Below are positions 27,161 through 33,695 of a stretch of DNA of 33,695 nt, piece by piece. Location: IMG/VR virus record IMGVR_UViG_2737471863_000001, one strand, 5' to 3'. The notes under the pieces were generated by a model, which was not told where the DNA came from, did not search any database, and saw nothing but the letters and a program-made list of their open reading frames with translations. Every line of letters begins with the position of its first letter. Within the stretch, counting starts at the first letter, position 1. This DNA comes from a virus. Lineage: Duplodnaviria; Heunggongvirae; Uroviricota; Caudoviricetes. The translations under genes and the position numbers were made by a program.

Positions 27161-27610
27161 TTAAGGGCGTCGTGGCGGACGACGAACGGGGTGAGGCAGG
27201 TTCGGGGAGGGGTAAAACAAATCCGGCTGGTATTTATTGCGCTCCAGACGTCGCATCCGTTTGATGGCCTTGTAGACGGTTTTATACGTCACTCCGTAAC
27301 GCTGAACCAGTTCAGGAATATTATGGCCGTTAAAATCACGCCAGATACGCATATCCCGGACAAGATTCTCCAGAATATTCCCCCTCGGAACATAAACCTG
27401 CATCCCGCCGATATGGCGACAAATCGCCACAACCAGCTCAAGGGAATGAGCAGGGTCTGCGCCAATCCGGGCCAGCTCTTTACGCAGCAGTGCGTTCAGT
27501 TCAGAAAGTAACGCCGGATAAGCGGTGTTTTCCTGGTAATCATGAAGATATTCCAGAACGCTGTCGTCCCGGAGGTCTTCGAATAAATCCTGCTCTTTCA
27601 TCTGTTTCAT
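27161..27610 (-). CDS. Mor/C-family transcription activator (cannot say whether Mor or C orthologue)
   Basis: 149 aa, ATG 27610 overlapping the gemA stop (ATGA); N-terminal acidic region and C-terminal HTH VYKAIKRMRRLE; sits between gemA and lys. Confidence 0.7.
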   Translation of the reverse strand: MKQMKEQDLFEDLRDDSVLEYLHDYQENTAYPALLSELNALLRKELARIGADPAHSLELVVAICRHIGGMQVYVPRGNILENLVRDMRIWRDFNGHNIPELVQRYGVTYKTVYKAIKRMRRLERNKYQPDLFYPSPNLPHPVRRPPRRP

Positions 27611-28158
27611 ACAGCAATTCTCCCGCTGTTTCGTGCGCGGGCATACGCACTGGTCAGTGCATCATAGCCGCGCAGTTCCCGCCCGGATGGGCTTACAGGT
27701 AAAGGCACACCATGTCGGGCAAAGGCTTCACGGATGCAGCGCATGTGCCACTGTTTGAGCGTTTCGAGCACAACCTGCAACGATTCCCCGTGACACCATG
27801 CCAGCGTGGAAACACCCTGACCGCCATTACGTCTGGCCGTCAGGCGTTCAACGTATTTGTCCAGCGCGGCGTCGCTGATATCGGATACGAAACCATCAAG
27901 AAACATCTGCTGCCAGATTTTATAAATCTTCTCGCGCGGTGTGACATGCCCCTTAAAGCGACGGCGGGGATGTTTATTCTGCTTTTTAAAACCGCGCTCT
28001 TTCATGGCATCGAGCACTTGTTCCAGTTGTGCAACGGACAGCTCGCGGCAACTGGTTTTGCCCGTGCACTGCACCAGAAAGGCGCGGTAAGTGTCATCGT
28101 CGAGGTGCAACTCCCGGCGGGCAACATGAATTAATTTAATCAGGGATGTGCGACTCAT
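27607..28158 (-). CDS. gemA: GemA-like protein (Mu gp16 family)
   Basis: Start taken at ATG 28158 (AAGGAGA SD), 183 aa; N-terminus MSRTSLIKLIHVARRELHLDDDTYRAF is characteristic of the gp16/GemA family. Confidence 0.6.
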   Translation of the reverse strand: MSRTSLIKLIHVARRELHLDDDTYRAFLVQCTGKTSCRELSVAQLEQVLDAMKERGFKKQNKHPRRRFKGHVTPREKIYKIWQQMFLDGFVSDISDAALDKYVERLTARRNGGQGVSTLAWCHGESLQVVLETLKQWHMRCIREAFARHGVPLPVSPSGRELRGYDALTSAYARARNSGRIAV

Positions 28159-28525
28159 TTTGCCCCATCTCCTTAATGCAGTGTTTTTCGACCCATGCCA
28201 CACGAGCAGAATTCAGGTGGCATCTGTCATGCAGGCATTCATCATGGTAGTGCACGTTATCTACATTAAATGGCAGGGATTCATCCAGCCCACTCGCGAC
28301 AAAATCCGCATGTAATTGTTCTAGCGCAGCCTCGCTGTCTGCTCCGATTGATTCAAAATAGTCATAAACATTGGCGCATAATCCGACTCCCCGAATAAAC
28401 CCTTCCCCTTCCGTTTCTTGCGCTCCGTTTTTTAACCACTGGTTATAGGCGACATAAAAATCATAAAGATGTTTTCTGGTGCTGGCGGATGCGGATTTAA
28501 TTTCATTTTTCTCTGCGTTATTCAT
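28136..28525 (-). CDS. hypothetical early-region protein
   Basis: 129 aa, ATG 28525; acidic, Cys/His-containing C-terminus; no family recognised. Confidence 0.4.
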   Translation of the reverse strand: MNNAEKNEIKSASASTRKHLYDFYVAYNQWLKNGAQETEGEGFIRGVGLCANVYDYFESIGADSEAALEQLHADFVASGLDESLPFNVDNVHYHDECLHDRCHLNSARVAWVEKHCIKEMGQNESHIPD

Positions 28526-28700
28526 TTCTTAATACCTCTTCGCAATAAAAGATTTCATTGGGATAATGTTTTTGTATGCGCTCCATCACCTGCATACATG
28601 CCTGCTCGGTGGGCCAGATTTTTTCCGTTACAGGGATGGCATCACAGGCATCATTCCCGCAGGTGCCAACCAGCAGGACAAAGCCAATTGACTTAATCAT
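28518..28700 (-). CDS. small Cys-rich protein with hydrophobic N-terminus (possibly exported/lipoprotein-like)
   Basis: 60 aa from ATG 28700, coupled to the upstream stop (ATGATTAA); six Cys; track ORF opens at GTG 28796 inside the previous gene. Confidence 0.3.
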   Translation of the reverse strand: MIKSIGFVLLVGTCGNDACDAIPVTEKIWPTEQACMQVMERIQKHYPNEIFYCEEVLRNE

Positions 28701-29235
28701 GTTCACTGACTTCCTGTGTTGCGGCCGGAGCTGGTGAATAATCAAGAATGAGATAGCGCATGACGTGGTCGGTGATATTCCAGCCACTGGAACCACAAAT
28801 AAAGCGCCCCAGCCGGATATCGATATACGCCATCACAAAACGGGGCATTCCCTGTTTGCACATCTCGTCATCCACTTCAGCAACGATGTAAACCGACTCG
28901 CAGGTCAGTACGCCTGTCGCAAATTCTTTTGCCAGTGCCGGAATGGCATTGCCTTCCAGCCAGGGCAAAGAGCGGCGGAACGCGCACCATTGAGCATCAT
29001 CAACATCGGGGTGTTCCGTTGTTGCGTTTCGTCTTACAGGAGGCGTCGGACGAGGGCGCGGAACGTCATAAAATCCGTTGCATTCAGTGAGAACTCCGGC
29101 ATCAACCGCATCACGCAGGAAATACACCATTGAGGAAGGTGGCATCTTCATTTTTTCAGCCAGAACACCACAGGTCAGACGCCCGTAAGTCCGTAATAAT
29201 GTGCTGACACCGTTCAAAACTTTTGCATCAACCAT
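28693..29235 (-). CDS. hypothetical early-region protein (possible N-terminal winged-helix)
   Basis: 180 aa, ATG 29235 with AAGGAA SD; first gene after the 99-bp spacer downstream of gam. Confidence 0.45.
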   Translation of the reverse strand: MVDAKVLNGVSTLLRTYGRLTCGVLAEKMKMPPSSMVYFLRDAVDAGVLTECNGFYDVPRPRPTPPVRRNATTEHPDVDDAQWCAFRRSLPWLEGNAIPALAKEFATGVLTCESVYIVAEVDDEMCKQGMPRFVMAYIDIRLGRFICGSSGWNITDHVMRYLILDYSPAPAATQEVSEHD

Positions 29236-29334
29236 TTTTTTATTCCTTAGTAATCTGTTTCAGGCGCGAGCAATCCCCTGACGCATCGCGCCATAATTAA
29301 AAGAAAGTGAATTAATTAAATATTAATGGTGGTA

Positions 29335-29859
29335 TTAAATACCGGCTTCCTGTTCAAACGGAATAATGGAAAAATCTTCAATTCCAGACTTAACTGTAAT
29401 TCCGGCAACACCTGCGACCGCTTTCGGTTCCAGTAAAATCGCTTCCTTGTTGATTTCCTGTTTCGTGCGAATAAAGCGTTGCAGGCCAAGACGCTCCAGC
29501 GTTTCCATCACCGCATCCACACCGCGAATACTTACCGATGGTGGGCGCTGACGCCATGACACATCGCCGGTTACCAGGTTCGCCGTCTTCACCTTGCCGC
29601 CGTTCGTCAGTTCGTCGCGGTTCGCTTCACACCATCCCTGAACGCCTTTTGAAAGGGTTTCGATACTGGTTTTTAGCGGCGCAATCTGTGAGGCGTATTT
29701 CTCTGTAATTTCAGCGATAGCGTCATTCATTTCCGTTTCAAGTCGTGCCGCTTCGCGTTGCAGGTCACCAATCCGGCGGATATCACATACCACGGCATCG
29801 CGGGACTGTGGAACATAAGCCGCTGCGGCATTCTTGATTCGTTTTGCTGGTTTAGCCAT
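29335..29859 (-). CDS. gam: Gam host-nuclease inhibitor (DNA-end-binding, Ku-like)
   Basis: 174 aa, the Mu Gam length; ATG 29859 with AGGAG SD; sequence closely resembles recalled Mu Gam. Confidence 0.85.
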   Translation of the reverse strand: MAKPAKRIKNAAAAYVPQSRDAVVCDIRRIGDLQREAARLETEMNDAIAEITEKYASQIAPLKTSIETLSKGVQGWCEANRDELTNGGKVKTANLVTGDVSWRQRPPSVSIRGVDAVMETLERLGLQRFIRTKQEINKEAILLEPKAVAGVAGITVKSGIEDFSIIPFEQEAGI

Positions 29860-29879
29860 ATAAATAAAGCTCCTGTTAA

Positions 29880-30170
29880 TTAATATTCGCTGTATACAAT
29901 GCTGGATACAGCACGATTGCTTAATTCCATCTTTTGGGCAATGACATGAATAGCCAGCCCTTCTTTATAAAGTTCACGACACAAATATTTGTCGTGCTCA
30001 CTGACCCGGTATGCACACAACGATATTCCGTGCCTTCTGGCATGTGCCTGTAGGGCGGTTGGGGCAACGTTCAGTTTTTTCGCCATTTCCTCGACGGTCA
30101 TTTTCCCGACACTGGCTTCGATAAATTCCCGGTCTTCGCGTGACCATCTTTTGCGAGTGATTATCATCAT
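29880..30170 (-). CDS. small putative DNA-binding protein with helix-turn-helix-like segments
   Basis: 96 aa from ATG 30170 with AGGAGG SD; MTVEEMAKKLNVAPTALQAHARRHGI and LAIHVIAQKMELSNRAV resemble HTH motifs. Confidence 0.45.
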   Translation of the reverse strand: MMIITRKRWSREDREFIEASVGKMTVEEMAKKLNVAPTALQAHARRHGISLCAYRVSEHDKYLCRELYKEGLAIHVIAQKMELSNRAVSSIVYSEY

Positions 30171-30186
30171 GCCTCCTTCCCTGAAA

Positions 30187-30456
30187 TTAATGTTTGGCTG
30201 CATCCGGGTTATACCGGAATAACTCGCCTTCGGCTTCCAGCCCAAGTTCTCTGGCTGACTTCAACAACTCCTGGGTTGCTTTTTCAATAATTTCAGGAGC
30301 CATGCTCTTGATAATGCCTGCCATCACGTCATGCGGTCCGGTTTGCTCCTTAGGAGACTGTTCTTCCAGTTGCACACTCATTCCTACAAAGAAACCTCCT
30401 TTTTTCTGAAACTCAACATCTTCCATGCGGTTAAATTCAAAGATTACTTTTGCCAT
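30187..30456 (-). CDS. hypothetical early-region protein
   Basis: 89 aa from ATG 30456 with GAGGAA SD; track ORF opens at TTG 30510. Confidence 0.4.
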   Translation of the reverse strand: MAKVIFEFNRMEDVEFQKKGGFFVGMSVQLEEQSPKEQTGPHDVMAGIIKSMAPEIIEKATQELLKSARELGLEAEGELFRYNPDAAKH

Positions 30457-30488
30457 TTTGTTATTCCTCACAAATAAATAAGCCGTTA

Positions 30489-30716
30489 TTAACGCCAGAT
30501 AATCTGGCAACCATTAAGGCGGGCCGTCCATACGGAACGGGCAACCCCTGATTTATGCTCCATAATCCTGACAGCGTTTCTGACCAGCTCCGGTGGCGGG
30601 CAGGTAATTTCAAGCACCGGGCGGGCCACGCCCAGCCAGGATTCGTTGACGTGGCTGCCGCGCTCCTGTAACCAGCTCTTTACTTCCGTTGCCATTTTGA
30701 TATTCCGTGACATCAT
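30489..30716 (-). CDS. small protein in the position of Mu kil
   Basis: About 75 aa from ATG 30716 (AAGGAGA SD overlapping the B stop); assignment by position and size only. Confidence 0.35.
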   Translation of the reverse strand: MMSRNIKMATEVKSWLQERGSHVNESWLGVARPVLEITCPPPELVRNAVRIMEHKSGVARSVWTARLNGCQIIWR

Positions 30717-30729
30717 GATTTCGCTCTCC

Positions 30730-31668
30730 TTACGTGCGCAGCAGGGTTGAAATATCAACGTCGAGGTCTAATTCACGGAAAGCCTGACGCAGATAATCTT
30801 CATTAACACGTTCACCTTTGCCGTGGGCGGTCATGGCCGCAAGGCGCAGCGAGTGGTTCAGGATGCGAAGTGCACCTGGTTTTTGCGCAATCTGCTGTAA
30901 TAATTCCCGCTCGTTTTCGCCGGTAATTTGCCAGGCATCCGCAATGGCCTTTACATCATCAATTTTGGTTTTATTGATTGCCGTCCGTTTGGCAATACGG
31001 GAAAACAGTCGGGCAAATTCAACCGTTCTGTTACCACCGGTCATGTTTGAATAAACGCGGTGATTCCCCATCAGAACAAGGCCAATACGGGCGGATTCCT
31101 GCAACAGGCGGAGTTCTTCCAGAACTTCAGCGCCAAGATGATCAGCTTCGTCGATAATGACCAGCCCCTGCGTACCTTCAAGGCGGCGTCGCAAAGCGCG
31201 GGAGAGCGGCCCTTTGCGGCGCGGTGCGTCATTCATTCCCAGTTCATACGCCAGTTCAGTGAGACATTCCAGAACACTGGCGCAGGATGGGGTAATGGTG
31301 ATCATCCAGACATTGTTATTGGTGCGACGAAATTCGCGGGCTGCTTCAGTTTTTCCCACACCTGGATTACCGCAGATAACAGAAATACTTTCAGTCAGAC
31401 TGGCAAAACGCATACTCGTCCAGATTTGGCGTGCTGTTCTGGTTTCCACAAAACGCGGTGGTTCTGGCAGCTCTGCGGCACGGTGATAGTTCTCCAGCCA
31501 GCGTTCCAGCGTCTGCGCAACACGTTCATTGTCGCCGTTGTACTTGTTATTCACGAATGCGCTTAACGTTCCTGCGGCCACGCCGGACTCGCGGGCAATT
31601 TGTGCATAAGTAGCTTTTTCACTTTCTACAAGCGTGCGCAGTCCTGCGCGAATATCGGAAATATTCAT
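30730..31668 (-). CDS. B: MuB-type ATP-dependent target DNA activator
   Basis: 312 aa, the Mu B length; Walker A motif [11 protein letters not shown] 31668 with GAGG SD; immediately downstream of A. Confidence 0.9.
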   Translation of the reverse strand: MNISDIRAGLRTLVESEKATYAQIARESGVAAGTLSAFVNNKYNGDNERVAQTLERWLENYHRAAELPEPPRFVETRTARQIWTSMRFASLTESISVICGNPGVGKTEAAREFRRTNNNVWMITITPSCASVLECLTELAYELGMNDAPRRKGPLSRALRRRLEGTQGLVIIDEADHLGAEVLEELRLLQESARIGLVLMGNHRVYSNMTGGNRTVEFARLFSRIAKRTAINKTKIDDVKAIADAWQITGENERELLQQIAQKPGALRILNHSLRLAAMTAHGKGERVNEDYLRQAFRELDLDVDISTLLRT

Positions 31669-31706
31669 CTGAATAACCTCGTAATTAAATTTAGTTTAAA
31701 CGTTAA

Positions 31707-33695
31707 TTAAATGGCTTTTTTACGTCTGTTCTGTTCCAGAATATCCAGCGAATGATTCAGATATTCATCACGATCAGTTTCATATTCCTCATCGGGTTCC
31801 TGGTATTTCACCTGCACCGTGTTACCGGAAGGCCGGAAAATACCAACAACTCTTGATTCTGGTGCTGCTGGTTCGGCTATCTGCGGCAGCAGTTCAGCAA
31901 CTTCCAGCGCGTCCATTTGTTTCTGCGCCTTAATGGCTGCTTTAGTTGCAGATTTCAGTTGTTTCTGGCGGCGGCGATATTCACGGCCTGCCGCAGCATC
32001 ATTAAACGCAACAGGTGCCAGACATTCCGCTTCACAGATAAACCGACCGTCCAGGGTGTAGCAATAAACCGTGCTGTGTAGCTGCTGCGGATCAAATCTG
32101 ACCACAACTTTTTTCACGCCGGCATTCATTAACGCCATGTTGTAATAAACGTTTTTTGCACCTTTAAGGGAGCCGCCAACTTTAAGCGTAAACTCGCCTT
32201 TGCGTGAAACGTTCACCGCCTCGGCAGGCAGCAACAGCATCCGTTTTTGTTCTTCGGTCGGCTTACGCACAATCGTTCTGGCGTATTCACGCTCAAAAAC
32301 GTCATCAAACGAAAGTTTGCCTCCGCACATTTCTGTTTCACGACCTGTTCTGGCATTGAACATCGCAACACCTTCAGCAAGGGTTTTCAGAAACAGCTCT
32401 GCATCAACAGCACGGTCGCCATAGTTATCAGGTTTTGCCTGCGGATTTGGCCCCGTATATGCGCCAGCCAGTGCCGGATGCTTATCAACGTATTCCTCAA
32501 GCCCACCAACACCGAAAGCACGTTCAACAGGTTTTGCCTGGCCCCAGCCTTTACCGGCAACAACGCTTGTCCAGTGCATTTTCGCGCCCATCAGTAAAAA
32601 CAGCCCCTTTGGATCGTCCTCTTTCACCTTAAAGCGGTAACGATTGGGCGCGCCCCCCGTCAGCCATTTATTCGCTGCACCACGGGTGTTATCGATGGTG
32701 ATGTGAAAATCCTCCGGGATGCCGTAGCGTGTCACCACATCCATGAACGAGAGGCGAATTGAATCGATGTTCTCGCTTACATCGCAGCGCCAGCCCAGAA
32801 TTTTTCGTGTTTTCACATCCTGCCAGAACCATGTTTTCGGGCGGATCACATCACCGTTAAACCAGCGTACAAAAACGTTATGCAGATAACCGTCGCCGTT
32901 GATCCACTGCATGGCGTCCAGGTGTTCCACAGTTCGCTGTTGTGCCGGTATCAGATGCATCAGTGCATGTTCACCTTCACGGCAGGCAACAACCATTGCC
33001 TCGTCCAGTTGCTGAATCCGGCGAAAGGCCGTGGCACGGGAGGGAATACTCCAGCCATGCTCGCGGGCTGCCAGTTCCAGACGCTCATAACATTTGCGGA
33101 AGGCGGGTTTTTCTGGTCGCAGATAATCTGCAATCAGAAACTGCCAGGCATCCTCGTCAAATTCACTTTTGTGAACGTTGCGACGGGATGCACCACGTCC
33201 ATCAACAAGCGCAGCCGCCCAGTCAGGCTTCGCAAACTTCTGTACCTGGTAATATTTGTCTCGCAAAGTGGATGCGCTGACCTGGTAATGTCCTGCAACG
33301 GTCGCAAATGCCGTTTTCGTTGAAACCCCCTGGTTCAGCATTTCGTCTGCAGCCTGAACCGCAGGCAACCATTTTTCAGCAAGTCTGCGCTGGGAATCGC
33401 TGGCGTTATCCCATTTGCTCCACAGTGCCTCACGATCATAATCATGGGCTTCCAGCGTGGGGCGGGCGATTTCAAAACGGCCCTGGCTTGTTTCAATACC
33501 TCCTTGTTGCAATAAAATTTCAGCACGTAATGCAACAGGAAATGATTTGATATTGAATTCAAATGATACACCTTTAGTACCTGTAACTTGCCTAAACACC
33601 CAGCCTTCTCTTTGTGCCTTACGTGTAATGTTAGTTGCTTGCTTTGGCAAACCAGCAAAACCAAGCAATTCTTTCGCTGTATACCACTCTTTCAT
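31707..33695 (-). CDS. A: MuA-type DDE transposase
   Basis: 662 aa; ATG is the last 3 nt of the window (cat 33693-33695); most of the protein matches recalled Mu A, N-terminal about 70 aa differ. Confidence 0.9.

Larger units (their letters stand above)
505..33695 (-). mobile_element. Mu/D108-like transposable prophage, inverted in window; right (mom) end lies within about 505-622, left end beyond window edge
   Basis: Minus-strand gene order A, B, kil-like, gam, gemA, mor/C, lys, terminase, portal, F, I, T, sheath, tube, tape measure, P, baseplate, fibres, com, mom matches the Mu map; A start codon is the last 3 nt of the window. Exact right-end nucleotide not identified. Confidence 0.85.

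Noticed and set aside
30489-30758. Full-length 89-aa track ORF as the kil-position gene
   Set aside because: Track ORF opens at TTG 30758 inside B; the ATG at 30716 with AAGGAGA SD just after the B stop is the more plausible start.

Overview
This 33.7-kb window is almost entirely one Mu/D108-type transposable prophage, inverted so that essentially every gene reads on the minus strand. The transposase A start codon sits on the last three bases of the window (33693-33695), so the phage left end (attL, repressor c, ner) lies outside it. Reading down from there: A and B; an early accessory block (kil-like, Gam, several small unknowns, GemA, a Mor/C-family activator); a lysis cassette with a soluble GH108-type endolysin; head genes (terminase, portal, F, I protease/scaffold, major capsid T); tail genes (sheath, tube, chaperone with an apparent -2 frameshift, tape measure, P, baseplate); two tandem tail-fibre modules with no Gin invertase; and the com-mom DNA-modification operon preceded by a GATC-bearing palindrome. 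The phage right end falls somewhere in 505-622, followed by an AT-rich flank encoding a signal-peptide protein (1-504). No rRNA, tRNA or CRISPR array was recognised. All identifications rest on reading the supplied ORF translations against recalled family hallmarks and Mu gene order; no database search or alignment was run. Starts were re-derived by hand, because the ORF track also opens ORFs at GTG/TTG. The most notable points are the -2 frameshift site, the Dam-type palindrome upstream of com-mom, the replacement of the Mu invertible fibre segment by two fixed fibre modules, the non-SAR endolysin cassette, and several uncharacterised early and lysis-region genes.
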